Source: Candidatus Desulfobacula maris (GTDB lineage: Bacteria; Desulfobacterota; Desulfobacteria; Desulfobacterales; Desulfobacteraceae). Taken from it: a DNA stretch of 64,000 bases. The position numbers and the translations under genes were made by a program. Shown piece after piece: positions 52,480 to 63,732 of this stretch. Below the pieces are notes generated by a model. That model saw only the letters and a program-made list of their open reading frames with translations. It did not search any database and was not told where the DNA came from. The first letter of the stretch is position 1, and every line of letters starts with the position of its first letter. Location: positions 24,914 to 88,913 of the forward strand of contig JACNHV010000358.1 in NCBI GenBank assembly GCA_014383445.1, read 5' to 3'.

Positions 52480-54033
52480 TTATACAGGTATATTTCCATG
52501 TTTTTTTGCCGGTCTTAACTCTCTTTTTGTTGCCATGGCCTCAAGGGCATCAATGAGGCGCGGTCTTGTTTGGGACGGTTGAATCACTGCATCTACATAA
52601 CCTCTTGCAGCAGCGCAATAGGGGTTGGAAAATTTCTCGTTATACTCGTCAATTTTTTTAGTCCGCTCTGCCCCTGGATCATCTGCTCCATTGATTTGTT
52701 TTGCATGGATAATATTGGCAGCGCCTGCCGCACCCATTACTGCAATCTCAGCTGTTGGCCATGCAAAGGCCATATCCGCACCAAGATGTCTGGAACACAT
52801 GGCAATATATGAACCCCCATAATCTTTTCTTGTAATCAACAAAAGTTTTGGAACCGTGGCTTCTGAATAACACCATAAAAGTTTTGCGCCATGCCGGATA
52901 ATTCCTCCCCACTCCTGGTTGCTGCCGGGCAGATATCCAGGGACATCAGCAATTGTCAGCATGGGAATATTGAATGCATCGCAAAACCGGATAAACCGTG
53001 TGGCCTTATCAGAGGCATCAATATCCAGACAACCGGCCAGATGTGCAGGCTGATTGGCGATAATGCCTATTGAACGTCCATTGAGTCTTGCAAAGCAGAT
53101 CACCATATTTTTAGCATAATACAGGTGCGGTTCAAAATACTGGCCGTCATCCACTATGGAGGTGATGACATCCTTGATATCATATGCCCTGTTGGGGTTA
53201 TCCGGTATGATTGAATCCAGGGATTCATCCATACGATTGGGATCATCAGTGGGCCGTACATAGGGTGGATCTTCCATATTGTTGGATGGCAGGTAGGATA
53301 AAAGCGTTCTTATCTGAATAAGGGCATCTTCATCAGACTCACAGGCAAATTGGGCCACACCGGACTTCTCGTTATGGGTCATGGCACCACCAAGCTCTTC
53401 AAAACTGATCTCTTCTCCTGTTACTGCCTTGATAACATTGGGCCCTGTAATAAACATATAGCTGGATTCTTTAACCATAAAAATAAAATCTGTCATGGCA
53501 GGCGAATAAACTGCACCACCAGCTGTTGGCCCCATAATGGCTGAAATCTGAGGAATGACCCCGGATGCACCTGAATTCCTGAAAAAGATCTCACCATATC
53601 CTGACAGGGCATCAATGCCTTCCTGAATTCTTGCACCGCCGGAATCGTTCATGCCGATAATAGGAGCTCCTGCTTTTAAAGCCATATCCATGACCTTACA
53701 GATCTTTTTGGCCTGCATCTCTCCCAGAGAACCTGCCCTTGCAGTAAAATCCTGGGCATAGGCAAATACGATTCTGCCATCCACTTTACCATGTCCTGTT
53801 ACAACACCATCTGCCGGGATCTCTACATTTTCCATCCCAAAATTTGTGCATCTGTGGGTGACAAACATGTCCAATTCCCTGAAGGTTCCTTTATCAAAAA
53901 GGATATCAAGCCTTTCTCTGGCATTGAGTTTTCCATTTTCCCGCCGTTTTTCAAGAGCTTTTTCTCCGCCCATTCCCATGATGTGCTTCTCTTTTTGTTT
54001 CAGCTCCTGGATCTTGTCAGATGTTACTCCCAT
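52480..54033 (-). CDS. Acyl-CoA carboxyltransferase (methylmalonyl-CoA carboxyltransferase 12S / propionyl-CoA carboxylase beta)
   Basis: 517 aa. The pattern is characteristic of the family (GKLNARERLDILFDKGTF..., GMNDSGGARIQEG, IIRHGAKLL). Confidence 0.85.
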   Translation of the reverse strand: MGVTSDKIQELKQKEKHIMGMGGEKALEKRRENGKLNARERLDILFDKGTFRELDMFVTHRCTNFGMENVEIPADGVVTGHGKVDGRIVFAYAQDFTARAGSLGEMQAKKICKVMDMALKAGAPIIGMNDSGGARIQEGIDALSGYGEIFFRNSGASGVIPQISAIMGPTAGGAVYSPAMTDFIFMVKESSYMFITGPNVIKAVTGEEISFEELGGAMTHNEKSGVAQFACESDEDALIQIRTLLSYLPSNNMEDPPYVRPTDDPNRMDESLDSIIPDNPNRAYDIKDVITSIVDDGQYFEPHLYYAKNMVICFARLNGRSIGIIANQPAHLAGCLDIDASDKATRFIRFCDAFNIPMLTIADVPGYLPGSNQEWGGIIRHGAKLLWCYSEATVPKLLLITRKDYGGSYIAMCSRHLGADMAFAWPTAEIAVMGAAGAANIIHAKQINGADDPGAERTKKIDEYNEKFSNPYCAAARGYVDAVIQPSQTRPRLIDALEAMATKRELRPAKKHGNIPV

Positions 54034-54063
54034 AATAAAAACCCTTTCTTAACTATTTATCCA

Positions 54064-54810
54064 TTAATTTTTCATAGTAAAACGCCATGCACAAAACCAT
54101 TCTTCCGGATGTTTATCCGGCGGGCAACCAATACATTCGGTTTTAATTCTTTTATCAATAGCCCTTGCAAAATACTCATATTCAACCAGGCCGGCCGATT
54201 TACAAGGATAATCATCCAGTTTCTTTCTTTTTCTTGCAGATTGAACCCTGCAATCATTCATTAGAAATACAAAACTTTCCGGGCATTCGTCAACAAAAGA
54301 TTGCTCATTAATGACTGAATACATCCTGAAATTTAATGCTTCCTTCAAGCCTTCAAGCCCGCAGTCATCATCCAGCTTCAAAAAATTTTTAATTGCAAAT
54401 GCTTCATAGGGGGAAAATTGAGCCCAGCAGGAATCATTGCATCGCTTTGCGTCATTCATTCCATTATCAAATTCAACTGACTGAAACCAAACACCATCAT
54501 TAACCAACCAGTTTTTTGCCACAGCACCCATAAGAGCTTGAATTTTTTCATCATCCATGTCCAGCAATGCTTTAGGCAAACCATCTTCAAGCTGAAAGTC
54601 CAGGACCTCTGAAAATCTTTTTAATCCAATTGAAACGCTCTTTTGAGTTGCCTTTTCAAGAACCTCCAAAGCCTTTTCCATACCCATCTGATGCCTGACT
54701 TCGGTAAACCAGAGACCATAGTGGACTACAATTCTAGTTACCATGTCAACAATTAATCTTGCTTTTTCGGTTTTATCCAGACTTGAAGGGTCGCTTTTTT
54801 TAACTTCCAT
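54064..54810 (-). CDS. Hypothetical protein with a C-terminal Cys cluster
   Basis: 248-aa ORF that heads the transcarboxylase-strand gene run. The family was not recognised. Confidence 0.45.
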   Translation of the reverse strand: MEVKKSDPSSLDKTEKARLIVDMVTRIVVHYGLWFTEVRHQMGMEKALEVLEKATQKSVSIGLKRFSEVLDFQLEDGLPKALLDMDDEKIQALMGAVAKNWLVNDGVWFQSVEFDNGMNDAKRCNDSCWAQFSPYEAFAIKNFLKLDDDCGLEGLKEALNFRMYSVINEQSFVDECPESFVFLMNDCRVQSARKRKKLDDYPCKSAGLVEYEYFARAIDKRIKTECIGCPPDKHPEEWFCAWRFTMKN

Positions 54811-55026
54811 ATATTCAATTCCTTTTAAAAGATCTTAACACCTTAATATAATAGTCTTTTTGAAAATCTTAATCCAAGGCCTGTTTCTTGTCAAGGCTTG
54901 ATTACAATACAGCTATATTAAAGCCAGAAAATCATTGCATTTAAAAACAAAATATTCTATTCATAAAAATGAAATAACTTCAGCTTTCAAACATATAAAA
55001 ATATGACAAGATCAGGATGAATTAAG

Positions 55027-55299
55027 ATGAGTGTAAAAATACACGTACATGTTACCCATCGAAGGCATACCAATGGACAAAAAACAATAGATGTTCAAGG
55101 GAATAGTGTTAAAGAGGCATTAAACAATTTTGTCACCCTGCATCCGGGCATGAAGCATGAGCTATTTGATAAAAATGGGGGCTTGCGCCATTATATTGAA
55201 ATTTATCTGAACAATGAAAGCGCATATCCTGGTGAACTTAACCGACCGGTAAAAAAAGGCGATGAAATTCAGATTATTACCTTTCTTGCCGGCGGGTGA
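55027..55299 (+). CDS. MoaD/ThiS-family ubiquitin-like sulfur carrier
   Basis: 90 aa ending in ...FLAGG, the C-terminal Gly-Gly typical of this family. Confidence 0.65.
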   Translation: MSVKIHVHVTHRRHTNGQKTIDVQGNSVKEALNNFVTLHPGMKHELFDKNGGLRHYIEIYLNNESAYPGELNRPVKKGDEIQIITFLAGG

Positions 55300-55315
55300 T
55301 AAAAAAATGACTCGT

Positions 55316-56155
55316 TCAAACACTCCTGCCCACCGACCTTCCAATGGATAAATAGTATTCTCCCTCCTCTTTTTTACCGCGTTTTATGCAGCCCTCCCCA
55401 TAGATGGTGCATTTTTTTTTCAAAACCTTTTTTGCCTTTGCTATCTGCACCAGTGTCAGATTGCCTGACTCTATAAGAGATGATAATGAGCGAATTCTGA
55501 ATTTATCCTGGGAATGAAAATTAGAAAGCTGATCCTTGTGCCCCCCTCTTTTTATGGTATAGGGTTTATCAATCAGAAAAACAGGCAGGGTGGAGCTGAC
55601 CCGAAGCCAGAGGTCATAATCTTCGCAGACCATGAAATCTTCATTAAAATACCCTTTCATGTCAAACAACTGCCTTTTCATCATAACGGCGGACGGGCTT
55701 ACCAGGCAAAGGTTCAATGACGCTTCAAATATCATTCCCGATGGTTTTTTATGCTTAAGCTTAGGGTTGACTTTTCTCCCGTTTCTTATCCATATCTCTT
55801 CGGTCTGACAGATCAAAGCTTCAGGATTATTATTAAAAAAGTCCATCTGACAGGATATCTTTCTTTTATCCCATGCATCATCAGAGTCCAGCAAAGCAAT
55901 GAATTGCCCCCTGCTCTGTCTTATCCCCTTGTTCCTTGCCGCACTGACGCCTTTGTTTTCCTGACATAAAACTGTGATTTCATTTTTATAGGTCGCAAGC
56001 AATTCTTGAGTATCATCCTCTGAACCATCATCAATAACTATCAGTTCAATATTTGGATAATCCTGTAAAAGAACAGAGTCAAGAGCATCTTTCAATGTCC
56101 AGGCGCGGTTATAGGTAGGCATTATCACGCTGACAAGAGGATGCTTAATAATCAT
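55316..56155 (-). CDS. Family 2 glycosyltransferase
   Basis: VSVIMPTYNRAWTLKDALDSVLLQDYPNIELIVIDDGSEDDT N-terminal GT2 signature. Confidence 0.85.
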   Translation of the reverse strand: MIIKHPLVSVIMPTYNRAWTLKDALDSVLLQDYPNIELIVIDDGSEDDTQELLATYKNEITVLCQENKGVSAARNKGIRQSRGQFIALLDSDDAWDKRKISCQMDFFNNNPEALICQTEEIWIRNGRKVNPKLKHKKPSGMIFEASLNLCLVSPSAVMMKRQLFDMKGYFNEDFMVCEDYDLWLRVSSTLPVFLIDKPYTIKRGGHKDQLSNFHSQDKFRIRSLSSLIESGNLTLVQIAKAKKVLKKKCTIYGEGCIKRGKKEEGEYYLSIGRSVGRSV

Positions 56156-56353
56156 ACAGTTCTATGTATCACACTTTTTTGCCTGTTCATAATTTTTTTT
56201 TTGATTCATCTTTACAGCTCAACTGGTGCACTATATTATTGATACAGTGTTACCGATTATAAGCTCATTGCCAGTGCACTGTGAATCAATTTTTTTGCAT
56301 TTTTTATAAATATAAAAGAATAAATTTGATCCTTGTTGGATTATGAGTTATCC

Positions 56354-56382
56354 TTGACATAAGAATCTAAATCATTTAATTA
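56354..56382 (+). promoter_or_regulatory. Candidate sigma70 promoter (TTGACA-17-TAATTA) for the kor operon
   Basis: Read directly from the sequence, ~45 nt upstream of korD. Confidence 0.3.
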
Positions 56383-56426
56383 AGAGCCTAAATTTACAGG
56401 TATTTATTATCTACTAAGAGGATATT

Positions 56427-56651
56427 ATGGTAAAAGGCAAAACCATCAAACATTTAATTGACAAAGAATGGTGCAAAGGGTGTGGTATCTGCATTCATTT
56501 CTGTCCCAAAAATGTTCTTGAATTTGATATAAACGAGAAGGCAGAAGCTGTAAGACCCGAAGATTGCATTGCCTGCAAGCTGTGCGAACTTCGTTGCCCT
56601 GACTTAGCAATACAAATCATAGAAGATCAGGAAGGGGAAAATGAAAGATAA
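56427..56651 (+). CDS. korD: 2-oxoglutarate/2-oxoacid:ferredoxin oxidoreductase delta subunit (2x[4Fe-4S] ferredoxin)
   Basis: 74 aa with CKGCGICIHFCP and CIACKLCELRCP. Confidence 0.8.
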   Translation: MVKGKTIKHLIDKEWCKGCGICIHFCPKNVLEFDINEKAEAVRPEDCIACKLCELRCPDLAIQIIEDQEGENER

Positions 56652-57792
56652 TAATATAAAGTTTATCCAGGGAAACGAGGCCTGTGTGGAAGGTGCTATC
56701 TATGCCGGGATAGATTTTTTCGCTGGATACCCCATCACCCCGTCCACTGAAATAATGGAACATCTGGCGTACCGTCTTCCCCAAAAAGGCGGGAAATTCA
56801 TCCAGATGGAAGATGAAATTGCATCCATGGGGGCCATTATTGGTGCCTCCCTCACTGGCAACAAGGTTATGACTGCCACCTCAGGCCCGGGATTCTCTCT
56901 TAAACAGGAAGCCCTGGGATATGCCTGTATGGCGGAGATCCCCTGTGTAATTGCCAATGTACAGCGCGGCGGCCCTTCAACAGGCAATCCCACCCATGTC
57001 AGCCAGGGAGATGTGAACCAGGTCAGATGGGGTACCCATGGTGACCATGCCATCATTGCACTGACTGCTTCCAATCATCAGGATGTGTTCAAAATAACGG
57101 TTGAAGCCTTTAACATGGCTGAAACCTATAGAACCCCCGTGGTTATCCTTTTGGATGAAGTTATCGGCCATATGCGTGAAAAACTTGTGATTCCAAAACC
57201 TGGTGAAATACCTGTGGTGGCGCGCCTTAGAACCTCTGTCAAAAAAGGGGTGGATTATCATCCATATCTTCCAAGAGAGGACGGCAGGCTGCCCATGTCT
57301 GATTTTGGTGCAGCACACAAATATAATGTCACAGGCCTTTTCCACGACATGTGGGGGTTTCCCAATAATGATCCACGAGTTGTCAGCGAACTTCTGCGAC
57401 ATCTTGTGGACAAGATTGAAAACAATGTCAATGAGATCAACATGTATAAAGAATACTGGCTGGATGATGCTGAATATATCCTGATCTCTTATGGATCTTC
57501 TGCAAGATCTGCCATTCACCTGGCAAAAAACAGGAGAGCACGAGGCATAAAGATCGGTGTTCTGGAACTGCAGACCCTCTGGCCCTTCCCTTCTGAGATG
57601 GTCAGAGAAAAATGTGTCAACGCAAAATCAGTTATTGTGGTTGAAATGAACATGGGCCAGATCATCACCCAGGTTAAAAATGCCGTTGACAACCCACGTA
57701 ATGTTTTTCTAGCCAACAGGATTGATGGAGAATTGATCTCACCAACCGACATCAAAAGCATTTTGAGAATGATCCAGGGGAAAGGGGTGTAG
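56641..57792 (+). CDS. korA: 2-oxoglutarate/2-oxoacid:ferredoxin oxidoreductase alpha subunit
   Basis: 383 aa with the GNEACVEGAIYAGIDFFAGYPITPSTEI N-terminal signature. Confidence 0.85.
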   Translation: MKDNNIKFIQGNEACVEGAIYAGIDFFAGYPITPSTEIMEHLAYRLPQKGGKFIQMEDEIASMGAIIGASLTGNKVMTATSGPGFSLKQEALGYACMAEIPCVIANVQRGGPSTGNPTHVSQGDVNQVRWGTHGDHAIIALTASNHQDVFKITVEAFNMAETYRTPVVILLDEVIGHMREKLVIPKPGEIPVVARLRTSVKKGVDYHPYLPREDGRLPMSDFGAAHKYNVTGLFHDMWGFPNNDPRVVSELLRHLVDKIENNVNEINMYKEYWLDDAEYILISYGSSARSAIHLAKNRRARGIKIGVLELQTLWPFPSEMVREKCVNAKSVIVVEMNMGQIITQVKNAVDNPRNVFLANRIDGELISPTDIKSILRMIQGKGV

Positions 57793-57793
57793 C

Positions 57794-58618
57794 ATGACAG
57801 AAAAACCATTTAATTTTAAAGATTATATTCGACCGCGGTTCTTTCCCCATATCTGGTGTCCGGGCTGTGGTCACGGGATCGTTTTGGGATCTTTATTGCG
57901 GGCAGTCCATGAACTGGGTCTTAATAAAAATGAAATTGTAATAACTTCCGGTATTGGCTGTTCATCCAGGATTTCAGGATATGTTGATTTTCATTCCCTT
58001 CACACCATACATGGACGGGCTCTGACCTTTGCGACGGGAGTAAAACTTTCCAAACCCGGCTTAAAGGCCATTGTTCCCATGGGAGATGGTGATGCCCTTG
58101 CCATTGGCGGCAACCATTTTATCCATGCGGCCAGAAGAAACATTGATATCACTGCCATTGTCATGAACAACCGGATTTACGGCATGACGGGCGGCCAGTT
58201 TTCTCCTTTGTCCGGCAGTGGCAAAAAAGCAACCACCGCCCCCTACTTAACCATTGACAGAGATTTTGACGTTGTAGAACTGGCTAAAAGTGCCGGTGCA
58301 ACCTTTGTTGCCAGATCCACGGTCTTCCATGCCAATGAATGTAAAGATATCCTTAAAAAAGCCATCTCCCATAAAGGATTTTCCGTTGTAGAGATCCTGA
58401 CACAATGTCCAACCTATTATGGAAGAAAAAATAAAGAGGGGGATGCTATCCAGATGATGGAAGGCTATAAAACAAATACGACAAGGATAGGATCCAAAAA
58501 ATTGGAGAAAAATCCCAATTTGATCCAGAGGGGAATTTTTGTTGAAAACACCGAGGTTCCTGAATACTGTAAGGCCTATGATGAAATTATCAAAACAGCA
58601 ATGAAAGGAAAAGCATAA
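57794..58618 (+). CDS. korB: 2-oxoglutarate/2-oxoacid:ferredoxin oxidoreductase beta subunit (TPP-binding)
   Basis: 274 aa with WCPGCGHG, GIGCSSR and GDGDALAIGGNH motifs. Confidence 0.85.
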   Translation: MTEKPFNFKDYIRPRFFPHIWCPGCGHGIVLGSLLRAVHELGLNKNEIVITSGIGCSSRISGYVDFHSLHTIHGRALTFATGVKLSKPGLKAIVPMGDGDALAIGGNHFIHAARRNIDITAIVMNNRIYGMTGGQFSPLSGSGKKATTAPYLTIDRDFDVVELAKSAGATFVARSTVFHANECKDILKKAISHKGFSVVEILTQCPTYYGRKNKEGDAIQMMEGYKTNTTRIGSKKLEKNPNLIQRGIFVENTEVPEYCKAYDEIIKTAMKGKA

Positions 58619-59163
58619 TGGAACGGACAAGACTGGTTTTTTCGGGTTCAGGAGGACAAGGCGTTATAACAGCTGCCATCATCCTTGCCAATGCTGCAGT
58701 CCTTTTTGAAAATAAAAATGCCATTCAATCCCAAAGTTATGGCGCAGCAGCAAGGGGTGGTGCCACCAGAACTGATATCATCATTGACGATTCTGAAATA
58801 TTTTTTCCAAAGGTGATTCAGCCCAATATACTGGTCAGCCTGACCCAGGAAAGCTATAACAAATTTGCTCCTATCATTCGGCCGGGCGGACTGCTTCTGG
58901 TGGATTCAAAATATGTTGATATCCAGAAAAAAGTGGATGCCAAGCATATCACCCTTCCCATGTTTGATACCGTGATGAAAGAAATCGGAAAACCCCTTGT
59001 GTTTAATATCTGCATGCTGGGGGCCCTAATCGGCATTTCAAACCTTATCAAGCCTGTATCCATTCTAAAGGTTCTTGAGACAACCATTCCAGAAGATTTT
59101 ATGGCAATGAATAAAAAAGCCCTGGAGCTTGGGATTGAGATGGGCAGAAAAAAAAGATATTAA
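58618..59163 (+). CDS. korC: 2-oxoglutarate/2-oxoacid:ferredoxin oxidoreductase gamma subunit
   Basis: 181 aa with the FSGSGGQGVITA motif and a 1-nt overlap to korB. Confidence 0.85.
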   Translation: MERTRLVFSGSGGQGVITAAIILANAAVLFENKNAIQSQSYGAAARGGATRTDIIIDDSEIFFPKVIQPNILVSLTQESYNKFAPIIRPGGLLLVDSKYVDIQKKVDAKHITLPMFDTVMKEIGKPLVFNICMLGALIGISNLIKPVSILKVLETTIPEDFMAMNKKALELGIEMGRKKRY

Positions 59164-59646
59164 TCATTGTTTGTATCCGATCATTCTTAAAAAGCCTTTT
59201 CTTTTTTCAATATCTGCCTCGGTTTCAATGCCCTTTGATGAAAATCCGTCTATAACCCCAAGGATTCCTCTGCCCTGATCTGTCTGGGCAAGAATTACCT
59301 GGACAGGATTGGCCGTTGCACAATGGATTCTGGCAACTTCGGGAATATTTTTAATCGTGTTAAGGATATTGATGGGGAACATATCTTTCATAAAAATAAT
59401 AAAAGAATGGCCTGCTGAAAGTGTAAATGCATTTTTCTTTGCAAGCTCCATCATTTGTTCATCTGTACCGCTGTACCTGACCAGACACTCCATGGAGGCC
59501 TCACAGAATGCCACACCGAATTTGGCATTGGGCACTGTACAGACAATGGCCTCATGTATATCTTCAATGGTTTTAATAAAATGGGAATGGCCCAGGATAA
59601 AATTCAATTCATCAGGATTTTCAATGTTTATAATTTTTAATTCCAT
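59164..59646 (-). CDS. Adenosine-specific kinase family protein (PF04008-like)
   Basis: 160 aa. The overall pattern (HFIKTIEDIHEAI...NILNTIKNIPEVARIHCATANPVQVI) matches my memory of this family. Confidence 0.55.
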   Translation of the reverse strand: MELKIINIENPDELNFILGHSHFIKTIEDIHEAIVCTVPNAKFGVAFCEASMECLVRYSGTDEQMMELAKKNAFTLSAGHSFIIFMKDMFPINILNTIKNIPEVARIHCATANPVQVILAQTDQGRGILGVIDGFSSKGIETEADIEKRKGFLRMIGYKQ

Positions 59647-59817
59647 TTTGTCCTCTCCATGTGTTAGATTTAATTAATGATCAATTAACAGAACAAAGTA
59701 TACTGGTATTTATAAAGAAAAACAATTGGCTTCATCCTTTATACCAGGCAAAAAATTGGAAACAGACCATCTCATTTCAGGAGGAAATAGAGGCTGTTAC
59801 CGGGATAAATCATACTA

Positions 59818-60627
59818 TTAAAGGAAACTGCCGTGCTTTGCGGAAAGTTTTTCAAACATATTAACAATGCCGGCGGCAATTCCATATACAATATCTATAT
59901 TGGCGTTCATGTCAGCAGATGAATCAAAAAACAGGTGAAGATCGGATTCCATATTCTCTTCAGGTTTCCAATAGCAGATCAGCATGGGAACTTTGGGCAG
60001 AGGATAGAGAACCAGGGATATATCTGATTTATAATGGTTTTCTATTTTTTGGCCATTAAAAAGACAGATTAAATCTTCAAACAGATTGGGATAGATATCG
60101 GCAATTTTTTTAAAGGTTTTTTCTGAACGCTGGACAAACAGACCATTTTTCTCCCGGCCTCCGGAAAGCTCTCTGAAAGGCACCCATTTGCCCGTCAATG
60201 GAACTCCTTTGCAATGAAGTATATACGAAAGCACTGGAGCGGCTATCCAGGGGTTGATATGGATATCTGAAAACATATTGCCGGATAAATCAACGGAAAA
60301 TAGTTTACCCATAATCCTTATGGTAAGCCTTCCATTTGAAAAATCCCCACCCACCCTTGGACCGGCAGTTTTTAAGTCACAGGATTTTATTTCTTCCTTC
60401 AGGTCTGCCATCAAAGATTCGCGGTATTCTTTACCCGTAATTTTTTTCTTCTGCCTGCCCTGGTTCTGTTCAAGTATTTCTCTTGTCAAAACAGGACATT
60501 GGTCAAGGGTTCTATTCCCTAAAAAAACCTTTGAAGCAAAGGCAAGACAGGTTTGTTCATTGCATTTTCTGCAATTGGATTTATCCAGAAGCTTAAACAC
60601 TTCCATGGCATTGGCAAATTCAGACAT
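59818..60627 (-). CDS. Fe-S-binding / DUF3786-like protein
   Basis: 269 aa with an N-terminal CRKCNEQTCLAFA Fe-S-cluster-domain-like motif. Confidence 0.5.
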   Translation of the reverse strand: MSEFANAMEVFKLLDKSNCRKCNEQTCLAFASKVFLGNRTLDQCPVLTREILEQNQGRQKKKITGKEYRESLMADLKEEIKSCDLKTAGPRVGGDFSNGRLTIRIMGKLFSVDLSGNMFSDIHINPWIAAPVLSYILHCKGVPLTGKWVPFRELSGGREKNGLFVQRSEKTFKKIADIYPNLFEDLICLFNGQKIENHYKSDISLVLYPLPKVPMLICYWKPEENMESDLHLFFDSSADMNANIDIVYGIAAGIVNMFEKLSAKHGSFL

Positions 60628-60799
60628 ATGGTCTCCTGTTCATCAGGTTCTATTATAATATTTCATATTTAAAAACAAGACAAAATGGTCTGCATGATTT
60701 TAAAGTCTGGTTGACAAATTCGCCAAATATCTATAATAATTTCATTCTGTTAAAACAATAAGCCATGAATTTTATGGCTAAGACAAAAATATACAAAAG

Positions 60800-62365
60800 G
60801 TGACCCCCATCAGCATAGATACAAAAATTGACGACAAACAGGAAACCCTTGCATCCATGCGAGGGTGCATCACTATTCTGGAAAAAATTGTAAACCAGTC
60901 TGAACTTTTATTGCAATTGCCGGAAATAGAAAGAATTGCTTTAATCACTGCGGCCGGGAAAATATCCCGGCCCGACAAAAAAGAAATTAAGGAACGCAAC
61001 AAGGAAAGAAAACAACAAAAGCGCCAGGCTATTGTGGAAAAAGAACGGCGCCTTCGGGCAGCCACTGGTATTAGAAAAGCAAGGGTTGCGCAAATCTTTT
61101 CAGCTCCCCAACAGATTTGCGGCATGACTGCAAAAATTAAAGATCAGGTCCCGAGGCTTGAAACCCCTCGCAACTGCTATGTGTGCAAGGCGCAATTTAC
61201 ACGGCTTCACCATTTTTATGACACCATATGCCCGGAATGTGCAGAATTCAATTATCAAAAACGCTTCCAGACAGCCTGCCTGAAAGGCCAGGTGGCATTG
61301 ATCACAGGCGCAAGGCTCAAGATCGGTTACCAGGCCACATTAATGATGCTCAGAGCCGGGGCAAGAGTGATTGCCACCACCCGTTTTCCAAAAGACTCAG
61401 CCTTAAGATTTTCCTGGGAACCGGATTTTCCCAACTGGGGGCAGAGACTCCAGATCTATGGCCTGGACCTGCGCCACACCCCAAGTGTTGAACTTTTCTG
61501 CGATTATATTTCGCAGACTTACCAGCGCCTTGATATTCTCATCAATAATGCCGCCCAGACCGTCCGACGTCCCCCTGGATTCTATGCCCATCTCATGGAA
61601 AATGAAACAAAGGATATCAAGCAATTGCCAGGGGATGCAAGGACCCTTTTAGGGCAGTACCAGACCTGTATATCCCAGCTGGATTTTGGACAGGCCGAAA
61701 ATTTAGCCCCAAAAAACGCCTTGACCGCAGCCTGGGATGGCAAAGCCCCGGGCGTTGGATTGCGCATGTCTGCACAATTGTCCCAGATTCCCTATTCCTA
61801 TGACAACTCTTTGAATGTACCTGAAGTATTTCCAGCAGAAGAACTGGATGCCGATCTCCAGCAGGTGGATCTTCGAAAGACCAATTCCTGGCGGCTGCGG
61901 CTGGGGGAAATCCAGACATCGGAAATGCTGGAGCTCCAGCTTGTCAATTCCATTGCTCCCTTTGTTCTGTGCAATAAGCTGGCAGAGTTGATGAAAAAAG
62001 ATTACACGGGACAAAAACATATTGTCAATGTCTCTGCCATGGAAGGAAAATTTCTGCGATTTAAAAAAGGCAGCCGCCACCCCCATACAAATATGGCCAA
62101 AGCTGCTTTAAACATGCTCACCCATACTGCGGCAAGCGGCCTGGCCAAATACGGGATTTTCATGAATGCTGTTGACACAGGATGGGTCACGGATGAGGAT
62201 CCTGCCATGCTGGCCAGATTCAAGCAGGAACGCCATGATTTCCAGCCGCCCCTGGATATTGTGGATGGAGCAGCAAGGATTTGTGATCCTTTTTTCCATG
62301 GCATCCTGACCAAAAAACACTGGTGCGGCAAATTCTTAAAGGATTATTTCCCCATAGACTGGTAA
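60800..62365 (+). CDS. SDR-family oxidoreductase with an N-terminal basic region and zinc ribbon
   Basis: Rossmann motif [13 protein letters not shown] plus CYVCKAQ...CPEC upstream of it. The start is GTG in the track and remains uncertain. Confidence 0.65.
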   Translation: MTPISIDTKIDDKQETLASMRGCITILEKIVNQSELLLQLPEIERIALITAAGKISRPDKKEIKERNKERKQQKRQAIVEKERRLRAATGIRKARVAQIFSAPQQICGMTAKIKDQVPRLETPRNCYVCKAQFTRLHHFYDTICPECAEFNYQKRFQTACLKGQVALITGARLKIGYQATLMMLRAGARVIATTRFPKDSALRFSWEPDFPNWGQRLQIYGLDLRHTPSVELFCDYISQTYQRLDILINNAAQTVRRPPGFYAHLMENETKDIKQLPGDARTLLGQYQTCISQLDFGQAENLAPKNALTAAWDGKAPGVGLRMSAQLSQIPYSYDNSLNVPEVFPAEELDADLQQVDLRKTNSWRLRLGEIQTSEMLELQLVNSIAPFVLCNKLAELMKKDYTGQKHIVNVSAMEGKFLRFKKGSRHPHTNMAKAALNMLTHTAASGLAKYGIFMNAVDTGWVTDEDPAMLARFKQERHDFQPPLDIVDGAARICDPFFHGILTKKHWCGKFLKDYFPIDW

Positions 62366-62473
62366 TTAGAGCCGGGATTATTTTTGCCCTTGGCCGGGGT
62401 TTACAAAACCAGGGCATGATCTTATATTAACCCTAATCAAATCAAACTTTAAAAAAATTAGCGGAGTTAATCA

Positions 62474-63124
62474 TTGAAACAAATTATCGTTCTTGCAACA
62501 ACAAACAAGGGAAAAACAAGGGAAATCCAGGAGCTGTTGCAGGGTTTTCCCATAATAATTAAAAATCTTGCTGATTTCGGACCCATCCCTGAAGTCATTG
62601 AAGATGGAGAAACCTTTGATGACAATGCCTATAAAAAAGCCTCGTTTACGGCAAGAGTCCTGGGATATCCTGCCATGGCTGATGACTCAGGAATTTGTGT
62701 CCAGGCCCTTGATGGCGCCCCGGGTGTCTATTCTGCCAGATATGCCGGAAAAAATACCACTGATGCGGACAATGTTAAAAAAATGCTGGATGATTTAAAA
62801 AGCCATGAAAATAGAAATGCCGCATTCAAGTGCGTAATCTCTATTGCAGTTCCCACAGGTGCTGCATTAACTTATGAAGGGGAGTGTAAAGGCATTATCG
62901 CTCACAAACCCATTGGTGATAATGGATTTGGATATGACCCCCTCTTTTTTTATCCGAAATTAAATAAAACCTTTGCCCAGCTGACCATTGAAGAAAAGGG
63001 CAGGGTCAGCCACCGGGGCCTTGCATTAAAACAGATTGCAGCGGAAATGGATAAAATTATTGAGTGGATTGATATTAACATGCCAAAATTCCAACAAGTG
63101 GAATGCAAAGGAAGCAAATTATGA
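62474..63124 (+). CDS. rdgB: XTP/dITP diphosphatase (RdgB/HAM1)
   Basis: The IVLATTNKGKTREI N-terminus and FGYDPLF motif are present. The start is TTG with GGAG 8 nt upstream. Confidence 0.9.
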   Translation: MKQIIVLATTNKGKTREIQELLQGFPIIIKNLADFGPIPEVIEDGETFDDNAYKKASFTARVLGYPAMADDSGICVQALDGAPGVYSARYAGKNTTDADNVKKMLDDLKSHENRNAAFKCVISIAVPTGAALTYEGECKGIIAHKPIGDNGFGYDPLFFYPKLNKTFAQLTIEEKGRVSHRGLALKQIAAEMDKIIEWIDINMPKFQQVECKGSKL

Positions 63125-63708
63125 ATTCAACATCTTTTAAAGACCTCGTAACACAAAACAGATCCTGCCGTCGATTTGATAATTCCTATAAAATCGACGA
63201 ATCCGCCTTGAAAGACCTGGTGGAACTTGCCAGGAATTGTGCGTCAGGCGCTAACAAGCAGCCCTTGAAGTATGTGATCTGCCGGGATGAACAAAAAAAT
63301 GAAGCTATTTTTTCCTGCCTTGGCTGGGCTGCATATCTGAAAGACTGGAACGGCCCTGAAAAAGAAGAAAGACCTGCTGCCTATATTGTTATCCTGGGAG
63401 ATCATAGTATTTCCGATAACTTTTTTTGCGACCATGGCATTTCAGCCCAGACCATCCTTCTGGGTGCCAGGACCATTGGACTTGGCGGTTGCATGTTCGG
63501 CTCCATCAATATCAAAGCACTGAAAGAACATTTAAATATCGGCGAGCAGCTTGAGCCCAAACTTGTACTGGCCCTGGGAAAACCCGTTGAAGATATCCGG
63601 CTTGATGTGGTGGGCGAAGACGGGGATATCAAATACTGGAGGGATGAAAATAAAGTCCACCATGTTCCCAAAAGAAAACTGGATGATATTATCATTGGTT
63701 CATGGTAA
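63121..63708 (+). CDS. Nitroreductase family protein
   Basis: Contains RSCRRF and ARNCASGANKQP motifs. An ATGA overlap with the rdgB stop favours the 63121 start, although the track ORF begins at 63103. Confidence 0.8.
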   Translation: MNSTSFKDLVTQNRSCRRFDNSYKIDESALKDLVELARNCASGANKQPLKYVICRDEQKNEAIFSCLGWAAYLKDWNGPEKEERPAAYIVILGDHSISDNFFCDHGISAQTILLGARTIGLGGCMFGSINIKALKEHLNIGEQLEPKLVLALGKPVEDIRLDVVGEDGDIKYWRDENKVHHVPKRKLDDIIIGSW

Positions 63709-63732
63709 AGACAAAAAATATCAGGGGAAAAC